The notes: generated by a model not told the origin, from the sequence alone. 64,000 bases of DNA from Clostridium sp. CAG:590 (GCA_000431135.1 HF987891.1:7286-71285); one strand, 5' to 3'; shown: positions 39,283 to 49,511, counted from the first letter of the stretch. Numbers and translations are program-made.

Positions 39283-40032
39283 GTGACAAAAAAAGCAAAG
39301 ATCAGTTTTTTGATCGTAGTATGGAGTATTGTAGCGATACAAATGTATGTTAATTATGAACAACGCATTCGGTTGCGGGAAGAAGCGGTAACAGCATTTT
39401 CTGTGGAACAGGACAAAGCACCGGAAGAGACCATTCATGGGTATGGAAAATTTGGAGATATGGAACTGACAGATGCAAATAAGAAAAAAATGTTAATAAA
39501 TTTTGCGGATAAATTAGGAATTACGGATGGATATACTTTCCGGAATGGAACGGGAGATCATTTTACCAAAAAGATGTTGGTGAAAAAGGGAAAATATGCA
39601 ACGGTTGAGTTGCAACTCATTAGTTTGGATCAGGACGGAGCGGAACCGGAACAATACATTGTGACCAATATAACAACCAGACAGGAAATGGAACCGGCAA
39701 TTTCATTGTATCGGAAAGTAAAACGAATTTATGAGGAGATTGGTGTTGAGGCACAGGTTAGCATTGAGGTTGCAATGAAGCAGGCGGGAAATATTGCTTT
39801 AACAGGCAAAGAAAGTGTACCGGAGCAGATATTTGCGCTTGTAAAGGCAAAAAAAGTGGATGAAATAACAGAAAATAATATCTGTACAGTGTACGGTTAT
39901 ACATGGTTGGAAAAGGATTATTTGAAGTTGAACAATAAAAAAGTCAATATCCAGATCGTAATGTCATATGATGAAAAAGAGGATGAGACGTATATAAAGA
40001 TAGGAGTTCCGCTTGTAAACACTTCTTATTAA
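39283..40032 (+). CDS. Membrane-anchored/secreted hypothetical protein (YwmB/DUF1779-like architecture)
   Basis: GTG start with GGAGG RBS; N-terminal TM; 249 aa. Confidence 0.45.
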   Translation: MTKKAKISFLIVVWSIVAIQMYVNYEQRIRLREEAVTAFSVEQDKAPEETIHGYGKFGDMELTDANKKKMLINFADKLGITDGYTFRNGTGDHFTKKMLVKKGKYATVELQLISLDQDGAEPEQYIVTNITTRQEMEPAISLYRKVKRIYEEIGVEAQVSIEVAMKQAGNIALTGKESVPEQIFALVKAKKVDEITENNICTVYGYTWLEKDYLKLNNKKVNIQIVMSYDEKEDETYIKIGVPLVNTSY

Positions 40033-40186
40033 ACAACATATTTTGCTGACTGCAAAAATTTATAAAATATTTTTCAAAAATTTTTTCTGTTTTGCCATGG
40101 TTTGGCAAGGGTGCGTGATAAGCTTGATTCATAAACGATGTGAGACGGCCGTCACAGGATAATAAGAAAGGATTAAGGTGAAGAAT

Positions 40187-40294
40187 ATGAGAAAGATCAA
40201 GAGTGCAGTTGAGGATGTATGTGTATATGTGGTATGTGGAGTTTCATTTCTTGTTTTTTTAGGGGAAGTCCTGAATTGGATGATGTTTGTATAA
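40187..40294 (+). CDS. Candidate 35-aa hydrophobic small protein
   Basis: AAGGTGA RBS 7 nt upstream; MRKIKSAVEDVCVYVVCGVSFLVFLGEVLNWMMFV. Confidence 0.25.
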   Translation: MRKIKSAVEDVCVYVVCGVSFLVFLGEVLNWMMFV

Positions 40295-40442
40295 ATAGTT
40301 GCATTTTAACGGAAAACTGTTTATAATAACCTCGTTATGGCTATACTTAGGATAACAGGTGCATAACCGGATGCTCTTGTCTCAGGAACGACAGAGATTA
40401 TGGTATATGCATAGGAAATTATAATTAGGAGGAATTACAATT

Positions 40443-40655
40443 ATGGCACAGACAGTGAATAAAGATATGTTGATTGGTGAGATTATTACAATTGATCCGG
40501 GTAACGCAGCAATTTTGATGGCAAATGGGATGCATTGTCCGGGTTGCCCTGCTTCTCAGGCTGAGACATTAGAGGAAGCAGCACAGGTTCATGGAATGGA
40601 TGTAGAGGTATTACTTCATGACATTAACGAGTACCTGGCAAAGAAAGACGCATAA
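40443..40655 (+). CDS. DUF1858-domain small protein (hybrid-cluster-protein-associated redox disulfide domain)
   Basis: 70 aa; MHCPGCP motif; AGGAGG RBS. Confidence 0.7.
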   Translation: MAQTVNKDMLIGEIITIDPGNAAILMANGMHCPGCPASQAETLEEAAQVHGMDVEVLLHDINEYLAKKDA

Positions 40656-40746
40656 TATTTTAAGTCGCGGCATATAAGTAATCCCTTGGATAGAAGATTC
40701 TTTCCAAGGGATTTTTGTGTCTTGTAAATGTTTGTAATGCAATGCA

Positions 40747-41580
40747 TTAAATGCTTGCTAAAGTACGAATTGCATCATCCTTAATGATCAATTTGAAATG
40801 CTCTGAGAAATAATATGGCATTGCATAATTTGCTTTTACTTTGGTTCCATATTCACTCAACAGATTGCATGCACGCTGATAATTTTCAATATTGTCTGAC
40901 TGGTTATTCACGATCAGATAATAGTGGTTGTCAAATGGACTCTTATATAAAGAATTGGCATCTTTATAGATTGGAGCAACCATAGCGGCTGCTTTGCTGA
41001 TATCGTTGATATTCTGGAAAGAGAAAATGCGGTATCCGGCAATCTTAGCCTGCTCTTTTTTCTTATCTTTGTTCTTATCAGACTTCTTTTTGTTGGAATT
41101 CTCTCTGATTGCAGCGGATAGTGGAACGAAGTTCGGATTCTTACCGGATTCGGTCTGTTTCTTTACTTGTTCAATATTCTCTACAATATCTGAGATTGTT
41201 TCTAATAAAGATTCCGGTGATGATATAAAACCGGTGTCTTCATCGTCGTCGGAATCAGAGTCATCGTTGTCATCATCAATTTCAATGTTAGCATATTTTG
41301 AAAAACGGGAGAAACGTGTATCCAGTTCTTCCGGATCATCTACCTTTGTTATAATTAAGATCAGACAATCAGGAGAGACAGGAATCGCTTCGATCATAAG
41401 AGGAATATCATTTACCTCAAATCCCAATTCGTCAGCAGCCTGTTCCATCATATCACGAAAAAGCTCTTTCGCTTTGTCGGTTCCATAAGCTAATTCGTTC
41501 AACATAAGCTCTCTGTCTGCTAAGTCTTCTTTGTTCAGTGTGCAGCGAATCTGATTCTCGCTTAGTCTTTCTAACTTCAT
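40747..41580 (-). CDS. mecA: Adaptor protein MecA
   Basis: Start at the internal ATG (MKLERLSENQIRCTL...) with AAGGAG RBS; N-terminal MecA domain, acidic/Ser linker, C-terminal ClpC-binding domain. Confidence 0.8.
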   Translation of the reverse strand: MKLERLSENQIRCTLNKEDLADRELMLNELAYGTDKAKELFRDMMEQAADELGFEVNDIPLMIEAIPVSPDCLILIITKVDDPEELDTRFSRFSKYANIEIDDDNDDSDSDDDEDTGFISSPESLLETISDIVENIEQVKKQTESGKNPNFVPLSAAIRENSNKKKSDKNKDKKKEQAKIAGYRIFSFQNINDISKAAAMVAPIYKDANSLYKSPFDNHYYLIVNNQSDNIENYQRACNLLSEYGTKVKANYAMPYYFSEHFKLIIKDDAIRTLASI

Positions 41581-41868
41581 AGAATCATCTCCTTTATATG
41601 TGGCAGATATGATATCTGCATAAACATGCAAAAATGTCTGGTTACAGAAGAAATCAGGGATTCTTTCTGTAGGTGTCCTAAACAATAGCATATTTTCAAC
41701 AGAAATGCAACTTTCTTATAGTTTAGTATAGCATAATCTCAGTAAAAAATGATTAGATATTTATGGATTTCTATGAAAATACCGCTCTATTTAAGTGTAT
41801 CACAAAATGTGATCAAGTAAAGTATCTGCGCAGGAGTTCATAAAAAAAACATAATTATGTACAAAAAA

Positions 41869-41950
41869 ACATAAATGGTACAAATTTGTACATAAATGGT
41901 ACTGAAATAGTCATAAATGGAACTATTTTGAACATTGAAAGTCATAAAAT
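41869..41950. promoter_or_regulatory. Palindrome ACATAATTATGT followed by three CATAAATGG repeats at about 21-22 nt spacing plus palindrome GTACAAATTTGTAC
   Basis: Read directly; related to the element at 1781-1900. Confidence 0.3.
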
Positions 41951-42221
41951 TACTTAGTATAGTATATGTAGAGTTTATGAATAGAGTTTAAAATACTTGA
42001 TATATCCGGATGCTCTATCTCGAAGAATTCTAATATATAATATGCAGACTCCATGTTACATGTTATACACCACATTCGCACAATTTGGAGTCAGAAAGGA
42101 GGAGATGCAACAGAAGATACATATGTGATCATTCATTAATTGGGAAGAAAAAAGAGTGTGTCAAAGAAAATAAAAAGATATAGTTGACATTAAAATGCAT
42201 AGAAATTCGTTCGAAACAAAA

Positions 42222-42258
42222 GAGAATGAAGGGCTGTCCGGAAAGGGCAGCCCGGATT
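42222..42258 (-). terminator. Terminator downstream of the amidase gene
   Basis: GGGCTGTCC-ggaaag-GGCAGCCC with a T-tract on the minus strand. Confidence 0.5.
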
Positions 42259-42274
42259 TGATTAATATTAGAAG

Positions 42275-42949
42275 TTAGCGGAGATAACGGCAGGTACCGA
42301 TAGCGATAGCGTAAGCAATCTGTTTTTGATAGTTTGGGTCGGTTAAGTTGGCTGTTTCCTCCGGATTAGAGAGAAAACCACATTCGATCAGGATCGAAGG
42401 AACCTGAGCGTTTTTTAATATATAATAAGAGGTGTTTGATTTTATCTGGCGGGTGTTGGAAGGGTCAAAGGCCAGCAGGGAATCCTGAACATATTGGGCG
42501 AAGTTTTTGTCTTCGTCACGACCTTCATAGTAGAAAGTTTGAGCGCCGTGTTGAATGGTATCGGGATAGCTGTTTTGGTGAATACTGATCATACAGGAAG
42601 CATTTTTTTTCTGAAGAAATTGGATTCGGTTGGATAGATCGGATTTCTTTTTGTTGGACACGGATTCATCATATAACCCCTGATCTGTCTCCCGTGTCAT
42701 ATATACGGTATAGTCCTCTGCAATCAGATAGTCTTTCAGATATCTGGCAATTGCAAGGTTGACGTCTTTTTCTTTTATCCCCTGTATGCCTACTTTCCCG
42801 GGATCAGAGCCACCATGTCCGACATCAATTACGATCGTGGTTTTATTCCGATGCAGGGCGACTACTTGCTTTGAAAGTTTGTGACAGAATGGGAAGACGG
42901 CGATAAGAAATAGCAGGAAACAACTATATATGAAAACATATTTTTTCAT
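42275..42949 (-). CDS. cwlD: N-acetylmuramoyl-L-alanine amidase (CwlD-like, Amidase_3)
   Basis: 224 aa; signal/TM; VIDVGHGGSDPGKVG; size and layout of germination-specific CwlD. Confidence 0.65.
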   Translation of the reverse strand: MKKYVFIYSCFLLFLIAVFPFCHKLSKQVVALHRNKTTIVIDVGHGGSDPGKVGIQGIKEKDVNLAIARYLKDYLIAEDYTVYMTRETDQGLYDESVSNKKKSDLSNRIQFLQKKNASCMISIHQNSYPDTIQHGAQTFYYEGRDEDKNFAQYVQDSLLAFDPSNTRQIKSNTSYYILKNAQVPSILIECGFLSNPEETANLTDPNYQKQIAYAIAIGTCRYLR

Positions 42950-43172
42950 AGAAGAAATCCTTCCGGAAAATGATCTGGTTGTTTTACTTTATGATATAAT
43001 GCAGTTGGTTATGCAGAAATCTTGCGAAGAATGTGAAAGTAATATATAATATGCAGCAAGGGTCAAAAGAGGATATATGGATACATACAGATTGTTATCT
43101 GCTAATATATGATTTCGGATTGCGGGAACAATATGTACATGACAGGATGTACTTGGAAGAAGGGAATATACA

Positions 43173-44288
43173 TTGATAGAAGAGAATATTGATACAAAGA
43201 TAGTGGATGTGACAACATGTGAGAATGACCGGGAGATGCTGGATCGCTCCTTATATGGAGCGGCACAATGTTTAAGAGCCGGAGGACTGGTTGCATTTCC
43301 AACAGAAACGGTATACGGTTTAGGTGCCGATGCACTGAATGAGATGGCAGCAAAGAGAATTTATGCTGCAAAAGGAAGACCGTCAGATAATCCATTGATC
43401 GTACACATTGCAGGGGTGCAGGATCTGGAGGTGCTTGGATATCCGAATGAGAAAGCATATGCGTTAGCGCAAGCTTTTTGGCCGGGACCATTGACAATTA
43501 TATTGCCTAAGAAAGATATTGTACCGCATGGCACGACAGGAGGATTGGATACAGTTGCAATCCGGATGCCTTCCCATCCGGCAGCGCTTTCCCTGATTCG
43601 ACAGTCTGGCGTATATGTGGCAGCTCCAAGTGCGAATACTTCCGGAAGACCATCACCCACAAAGGCAGAGCATGTTATAGAAGATATGAACGGAAAGATA
43701 GAATATATTATAGATGGCGGACCGGTTGGAATTGGTATTGAATCTACGATCATAGATGTAAGTGGGGATGTTCCGACTATCTTACGCCCGGGCTTTATTA
43801 CCAAAAAGATGTTAGAGCAGATTATTGGAGAGGTGATCATAGACCCGGCACTGGAAAAACCAATGGAGAATTGTCATCCGAAGGCACCGGGAATGAAATA
43901 TACACATTATGCGCCGAAAGGACAATTAAGTTTGGTAGAGGCAAGACATGTGGAAGAAGACGGAAGCCAACAGGCTGTGATCCGTAAGATCTGTGAGCTT
44001 GCAGATGAAAAAAGAGCAGAGGGATATACGGTGGGAATTATGGCACCGGAAGAGACACTGCCCTGTTATGAAGGACACGCAGATGCGTTAGTGTGCGTGG
44101 GCGCACGACATGAACGCAATACGGTTGCGGCAGGTTTATATGCAGCGTTGAGAGAATTTGATGCTGCCAATGCAGATTATATATATGCGGAGAGTTTTCG
44201 TGGAGATGGACTCTCGTATGCCATTATGAACCGTCTGTTAAAGGCGGCGGGACAACGGGTCATTCAGGTCGGGGATGATCCTGTATGA
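43173..44288 (+). CDS. tsaC: L-threonylcarbamoyladenylate synthase (Sua5/YwlC/TsaC family with Sua5 C-terminal domain)
   Basis: LVAFPTETVYGLGADAL, KGRPSDNPLIVHI; TTG start assumed (ATG at 43236 is an alternative). Confidence 0.75.
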   Translation: MIEENIDTKIVDVTTCENDREMLDRSLYGAAQCLRAGGLVAFPTETVYGLGADALNEMAAKRIYAAKGRPSDNPLIVHIAGVQDLEVLGYPNEKAYALAQAFWPGPLTIILPKKDIVPHGTTGGLDTVAIRMPSHPAALSLIRQSGVYVAAPSANTSGRPSPTKAEHVIEDMNGKIEYIIDGGPVGIGIESTIIDVSGDVPTILRPGFITKKMLEQIIGEVIIDPALEKPMENCHPKAPGMKYTHYAPKGQLSLVEARHVEEDGSQQAVIRKICELADEKRAEGYTVGIMAPEETLPCYEGHADALVCVGARHERNTVAAGLYAALREFDAANADYIYAESFRGDGLSYAIMNRLLKAAGQRVIQVGDDPV

Positions 44289-44339
44289 GAGAAAAAGCCA
44301 AATGATGTATGGTTTGTGGATAGAGAAAGGAGAACCAAA

Positions 44340-44768
44340 ATGATAGCTTTAGGATGTGACCATGGTGGATATGCACTTATGCAGGAGGTTAAGAGACATT
44401 TAGAGGAAAGAGGACTGGAATATAAGGATTTCGGCTGTTATTCGGAGGAATCCGTTGATTATCCGGTATATGCGAAAAAGGCAGCAGAGGCGGTTGCTAA
44501 GGGGGATTGTGAGAAGGGAATCTTAATATGCGGAACCGGAATTGGAATTTCAATCGCAGCGAATAAGGTAAAGGGAATCCGTGCAGCACTCTGTCATGAC
44601 TGTTTTAGTGCACAGGCTACGAGAGAGCACAATAATGCGAATATGCTTGCAATGGGAGCAAGAGTAATTGGTCCGGGACTTGCACTTATGATTGTCGATA
44701 CATTTTTGGATACACCATTTTCAAATGATGAAAGACATGTTCGCCGGATCGGTATGATAGAGGAGTAA
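44340..44768 (+). CDS. rpiB: Ribose-5-phosphate isomerase B
   Basis: MIALGCDHGG; CGTGIGISIAANK; start ATG 44340 with AAAGGAG RBS. Confidence 0.85.
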   Translation: MIALGCDHGGYALMQEVKRHLEERGLEYKDFGCYSEESVDYPVYAKKAAEAVAKGDCEKGILICGTGIGISIAANKVKGIRAALCHDCFSAQATREHNNANMLAMGARVIGPGLALMIVDTFLDTPFSNDERHVRRIGMIEE

Positions 44769-44773
44769 TTTCT

Positions 44774-44983
44774 ATGAAGATGTTAGCATTGATCAGCCAG
44801 CTTGCAATTGCAATGCTTACAGCAATCTTAATCAGTGGCGGGATTGGTTACGCAATCGATGCCCATTTCCACACGAATTGTTTTGTATTTTTTCTGATAT
44901 TAGGAGTGGCAGGCGGATATAAGGCCTGCTACAACATTATCTGTAAATTTTTAGGAAAGAAGAGTCTGTTTCATGACAAATAG
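44774..44983 (+). CDS. Small 2-TM membrane protein (AtpZ/AtpI-like)
   Basis: 69 aa, two hydrophobic helices. Confidence 0.4.
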   Translation: MKMLALISQLAIAMLTAILISGGIGYAIDAHFHTNCFVFFLILGVAGGYKACYNIICKFLGKKSLFHDK

Positions 44984-45230
44984 TTCAAGATATTTTTGCA
45001 ATAAGGAATGTGAATATTTTCCGTGCCATCCGGGGGCAGATCCGGAGCACTTCAACTGTTTGTTCTGTTATTGTCCGATGAATCCTTTTCCGGACTGTTT
45101 GGGACATCCGGAATATATCGTCTTAGCAGATGGAAGCAAGATAAAAGATTGTACGAATTGTCTGTTTCCACATGATCCGGATCATTATGATCAGATTATG
45201 CAGTTTTTACGGGACGATCATACGATTTGA
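44973..45230 (+). CDS. Cysteine-rich small-domain protein
   Basis: 85 aa; CxxxCxxxPC ... CLFCYCP ... CTNC Cys pattern. Confidence 0.5.
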   Translation: MTNSSRYFCNKECEYFPCHPGADPEHFNCLFCYCPMNPFPDCLGHPEYIVLADGSKIKDCTNCLFPHDPDHYDQIMQFLRDDHTI

Positions 45231-45403
45231 CTGGATATATGTCTCGTTTGTGTAATCTGATTTTCTTATCAAAGTCTGTTTTTTTCATTTTTATTTTCAA
45301 AAAACCATCATCCGTATTGTAACAAAAATGTAATATTTTCGACTCGTTTTCTTTACGAAATATGCGGAAAATAGCTGAAAAATGCCGATCTGCTCACGGA
45401 TAG

Positions 45404-45521
45404 GTTGACATAATCAGAAAATAGGGTTGACATAACGATAAAATTATGTAATAATTGTTACAAAATTGTTACAAACTATTTGCAAAAATTAATTCTTGCT
45501 GAATATAATTGTAACAAATAT
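45404..45521 (+). promoter_or_regulatory. Tandem TTGACA -35 boxes, extended -10, and an operator-like array ATTGTTACAAA x2 plus inverted TTGTAACAAAT
   Basis: Perfect tandem 11-mers at 45454-45475; inverted copy at 45508-45521; upstream of the SleB-like gene. Confidence 0.4.
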
Positions 45522-45554
45522 TAAGTAAAGGAGACGGAGTAATCCGGAGGAATT

Positions 45555-46070
45555 ATGAGTTTTAAAAAATTAGTAACCGTAATTGCAGCGGCATTTGCAT
45601 TATGTATTTTATTTCAATTACCGTGTCAGGCTGCAACCAAAGCTACTACCAAAGAAAAAAAGGTAAATGAATATACAAAAAGCGAACTGCGGTATATGAC
45701 GGGCATTATCTATTGCGAAGCAAGAGGCGAGTGTTACGCAGGACAGAAAGCAGTTGGTATTGTTGTAATGAACCGTAAGAGAAGTGATGAGTTCCCGGAT
45801 AGTGTGAAAGAAGTTATATACCAGAGAGGACAGTTTTCACCGGTGCGGAATGGCAGCATGAGCAAGGCATTGCGTTTGTATGACAAACAGAACAAATCAG
45901 GCAAGATGACGAAGACTATGAAGACTTGCCGTAAGGCAGCAATTGAGGCATTGAAAGGTTCTACGACAGTGAAAGTCAAAGGGAAGAAAAAAGAAATGAA
46001 GAAATATCTGTTCTTTTCGCAAAGAATCAGCAATGCGAAATATACATTAGGAGGACATCAGTTCAAATAA
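45555..46070 (+). CDS. Cell wall hydrolase (SleB-like, Hydrolase_2 family)
   Basis: Signal peptide; IIYCEARGE ... GIVVMNRKRSDEFP ... QRGQFSP motifs. Confidence 0.7.
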   Translation: MSFKKLVTVIAAAFALCILFQLPCQAATKATTKEKKVNEYTKSELRYMTGIIYCEARGECYAGQKAVGIVVMNRKRSDEFPDSVKEVIYQRGQFSPVRNGSMSKALRLYDKQNKSGKMTKTMKTCRKAAIEALKGSTTVKVKGKKKEMKKYLFFSQRISNAKYTLGGHQFK

Positions 46071-46193
46071 AATGTGTGTGCAAAAGAGACGGAGTTTTAA
46101 CGATCCTATTCGTTAAGACTCCGTCTCTTTTCTACGTTCTAATGGCGTGTGGACATTCATATAGTAGAGAGAAGAGTTTGTAGAGGAGGTACC

Positions 46194-46616
46194 ATGAGGA
46201 AACGGCTTCGTTTTGTATCGATTGCAGTGTTTGGATTCTGTTTTTTAGTGGCTGTGCTTACCGGCTGTCAAATGGTGAAAAGTGATTCCGGAAAAATAAA
46301 GGATTTAGATTATACGGTATGTGATGAGAGTAAACTTCCGGAAGAATTGAATAAAATCATAGAAGATAAGAGAAAGGAACCATTTAAACTGACCTATCGG
46401 ACAAAAGATTATCTGTATATCGTGGTGGGGTATGGAGCACAGGACCGGACAGATCTGCAGGTTGTAATGACGGATTTATATCTGACCCCAAATGCCATCT
46501 ATGTCAATACAGATCTGACCTCGAAAGAGCGTACAACCTTGGACGGCCAGAAAGTGACATACCCATATATTGCGGTCAAATGTGAACTTTATGATGTGCA
46601 GGTCAATTTTCAATAA
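46194..46616 (+). CDS. Lipoprotein, unknown function
   Basis: Start ATG 46194 (GAGGAGG RBS); lipobox LTGC; 140 aa. Confidence 0.55.
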   Translation: MRKRLRFVSIAVFGFCFLVAVLTGCQMVKSDSGKIKDLDYTVCDESKLPEELNKIIEDKRKEPFKLTYRTKDYLYIVVGYGAQDRTDLQVVMTDLYLTPNAIYVNTDLTSKERTTLDGQKVTYPYIAVKCELYDVQVNFQ

Positions 46617-46646
46617 GAAGAACAGAATTTGCATTTCAGATAATCG

Positions 46647-46674
46647 GCATATTTTACATTGTGTGAACATATAA
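46647..46674 (+). promoter_or_regulatory. SigE-like promoter
   Basis: CATATTT - 14 nt - CATATAAT about 45 nt upstream of the DUF3794/LysM gene (SigE consensus ATATT-N14-CATACA-T). Confidence 0.35.
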
Positions 46675-46717
46675 TGGGAAATAGAGGATGTAATGCATAC
46701 AAATAATAGGAGGGTAT

Positions 46718-48271
46718 ATGGAATTCAATAAGAAAGAAATTGAGAACTATGCATGGAAAACAAAGAATATCATGCAATTTACAATAGATGATGCGATCAA
46801 TATTCCGGAGAACCTGTTGGATGTGGAGCGATTGGTTCTGGTAAAGGGGAATGTAGTTGTCGAAGAGACACAGGCAATGGTTGACCGTTTTCAGGTGAAA
46901 GGAATGTTACACTATCAGATCCTATATAGTGGAAATAAGGAAAGCAGTGTGTTTGACAGCTTAGACGGAAAGGTACCATTTATTGAATATATTAATGCAG
47001 ATGGAACGAAAGAGACGGATTACATAGAAGTGCACGCCTGTTTAAATGATCTGACGGTTACGATGCTGCACTCCCGGAAAATTAACTTAAAAGCATTGAT
47101 CGGTCTGGACTATCAGGTGAAAGAGAAAGAGCAGTTTGAGGCTGTATGCGAAGTGTCTGATGAGGACGGAACGGAAGTTCTAAGCAAAAATTATTCGATG
47201 ATGTGCCTGCATTTACAGGAGACAAAAAAGGCACAAGTGTCAGAAACGGTAGAAATTCCGGCGAATAAACCGGATATATATCAGGTTATCTGGAAGAGTC
47301 TTTCGGTAACAGGAGTTCAGATGAAATCAGCAGACGGATATGTGTTAGCGAGTGGTAATCTGAATCTGTTCCTTATATACACTGCAGAGGAGGAAGAAAT
47401 GCCGATACAGTATTTTACGGTGGAGGTACCATTTGAACAACGGATAGAGGCTCCGTTAGCAAATGAGGATATGATTTCGGGAAGTGTGTTAAGTCTGGAT
47501 CAATATCATATTACGGTTATGCAGGATGAACGGGGACATGACAGAGTCGTTGAGTTAAATACAGAATTTACGGTGGAATTGAAGCTATATGGCACAGAAG
47601 ATCTGCAACTGGTAAGGGATGCATATTCCACCCGGGTGGACATTACGCCTCAGTATCGGAGTTTTGTTTTACAACATTTGCTTGTACGTAATTGTGCAAA
47701 AGCAAAAGTGTCGGATACATTGACAATGCCCAAACAACAGAGCATTTTACAGATCTGTAATGTGGAAGGATCGGTATCTGTTGATGAAACACAGCCAACG
47801 GCAAAGGGTATTATGGTAGAAGGTGTGGTTGGAACGCAGATCACATATCTGAACAAGGCTGAAAATGGAATGTTATCTTCAGTTAATTTTGATATTCCAT
47901 TCTCTTATGAGATTGAAGTGCAGGGGATGGGAGAGGGGGTTACCTATTCCATTATGCCATTCTTAGATCAGATTCATGCTATACAGATGGGAGAAAATGA
48001 GATCGAGGTAAAGGCAGAGGTGTCTCTTGAGGTGCTGGCATTTACCAACGAACGTGCCAGAGCAGTGCTGGATCTTCAGGTGCAGCCGATTGATCAGAAA
48101 AGAAAAAGAGAACTGCCAAGCGTGACGGGATATGTTGTGAAAAAAGAAGATACACTGTGGAGTATTGCCAAGAATTATTATACAACGATTGAGAACATAA
48201 AAGCATATAATGAATTGGAATCGGATACATTAGAACCGGGAGAGAGACTCGTAATCCTAAAAGATGCATAA
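46718..48271 (+). CDS. DUF3794-repeat protein with C-terminal LysM domain (SipL-like spore-coat morphogenetic protein)
   Basis: 517 aa; C-terminal LysM (YVVKKEDTLWSIAKNYYTTIENIKAYN...PGERLVI); size and architecture match C. difficile SipL. Confidence 0.55.
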   Translation: MEFNKKEIENYAWKTKNIMQFTIDDAINIPENLLDVERLVLVKGNVVVEETQAMVDRFQVKGMLHYQILYSGNKESSVFDSLDGKVPFIEYINADGTKETDYIEVHACLNDLTVTMLHSRKINLKALIGLDYQVKEKEQFEAVCEVSDEDGTEVLSKNYSMMCLHLQETKKAQVSETVEIPANKPDIYQVIWKSLSVTGVQMKSADGYVLASGNLNLFLIYTAEEEEMPIQYFTVEVPFEQRIEAPLANEDMISGSVLSLDQYHITVMQDERGHDRVVELNTEFTVELKLYGTEDLQLVRDAYSTRVDITPQYRSFVLQHLLVRNCAKAKVSDTLTMPKQQSILQICNVEGSVSVDETQPTAKGIMVEGVVGTQITYLNKAENGMLSSVNFDIPFSYEIEVQGMGEGVTYSIMPFLDQIHAIQMGENEIEVKAEVSLEVLAFTNERARAVLDLQVQPIDQKRKRELPSVTGYVVKKEDTLWSIAKNYYTTIENIKAYNELESDTLEPGERLVILKDA

Positions 48272-48287
48272 AGATATACCGGCATGG

Positions 48288-49376
48288 TTACAGAATGGAT
48301 ACAATCTGTAATTCCGGGTGGAAAGATAGATCCACATATTCACCATTTACAAGCAGGCCGGGGCGGGAAGCCCTGGTCTTGTTCGTTAGGATGATCTCCC
48401 CCTGACGACCATCGTTGAGCAATACGGTATTATGGAGATAAGTGTCAGAGATACCCTGTAAAAAAGGAACAAGATATTTGGGATCGTAAAGGACATAACC
48501 ATCGTCCTCGTACATCCGAATCACATCAAATGGGCAGATTCCCTGATGATAACAGCGGTTAGCAGTCATGGCCTCATAAATGTCCACAATGGTGATGAGT
48601 TTGGCAAGTTCATTGATCTTAGGACCTTTCAGACCGATTGGATAGCCACTGCCATCGCATTTTTCATGGTGCATTAGTGCAACCTGGGCAATATTTTCAT
48701 CTACTTTTTTGGATTGCAATAAGCGATAGCCCTTATAAGGATGCTGCTTAATGATGTCAAATTCTTCTTTGGTCAGACGACCCGGTTTTTTGATGATTTC
48801 TGCGGGAATCAAAACCTTGCCGATATCATGCAGCAGACCGGCGACCGTTAAGATCTTCAGTTGGTCTTCGTCGTAATGCAGCCAGCGCCCGAATATGTTC
48901 GCCAGCAGGGCAACATTTAGAGAATGGGCATACGTTGCATCATCAAAATAACGGATATTGCTCAAAATATCCATTAATTCATATGTATTTGTCTGACCTT
49001 CCATGATCTCTTCCGCAGACCGAAACATATCATCTAAGTTGATGTCTACATTGCGTCGGGCAATATCATTTAACTGCGTCTGGAATGTTTCGGTTGTTTC
49101 ATGGAAAGATTGCTCGAATTTCTTGAAATGCTCGCTTTGGCGCAATTTCTCTGAGTGGGTAGGCACGGAAATCGGTTCAGAAACGGTCTTGACAGATGCA
49201 TCTTTACCATAAACGGCAATGGAAACAATGGAAGAATAACGAAGGATATTCATTACTTCGTTGTTGATCACCGTACCCTTTGGAATGAGGAGTTGTTCGC
49301 CTTTGTACACGTCTTCGGCAATGGTCATTCCGAGCGAAACGCGATGCATCATGATCTGAACGATATTCATAGACAA
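48288..49376 (-). CDS. HD-GYP domain phosphodiesterase
   Basis: LLHDIGK, HHEKCDGSGYP; 362 aa with an N-terminal non-catalytic domain. Confidence 0.75.
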   Translation of the reverse strand: MSMNIVQIMMHRVSLGMTIAEDVYKGEQLLIPKGTVINNEVMNILRYSSIVSIAVYGKDASVKTVSEPISVPTHSEKLRQSEHFKKFEQSFHETTETFQTQLNDIARRNVDINLDDMFRSAEEIMEGQTNTYELMDILSNIRYFDDATYAHSLNVALLANIFGRWLHYDEDQLKILTVAGLLHDIGKVLIPAEIIKKPGRLTKEEFDIIKQHPYKGYRLLQSKKVDENIAQVALMHHEKCDGSGYPIGLKGPKINELAKLITIVDIYEAMTANRCYHQGICPFDVIRMYEDDGYVLYDPKYLVPFLQGISDTYLHNTVLLNDGRQGEIILTNKTRASRPGLLVNGEYVDLSFHPELQIVSIL

Positions 49377-49511
49377 CCCTCCTCTGCTAATTATTGATTA
49401 AACTTATCAATATTATAAAAAAATGGGGGTGTAAAGTCAATCAGTTCTTGACCTGTAGGAATATATGGAGTATGATAGACAAGTATCGCAGATACAGTTA
49501 ATTGCAAAAGA

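Noticed and set aside
41581-41691. Upstream extension of the mecA ORF
   Set aside because: The MecA N-terminus aligns from MKLERLSEN, and an AAGGAG RBS precedes that ATG.
41795-41816. ATCACA-aaa-TGTGAT inverted repeat as a Crp/Fnr or Rex site
   Set aside because: Half-site orientation and spacing are wrong for TGTGA-N6-TCACA or the Rex consensus. A single occurrence.
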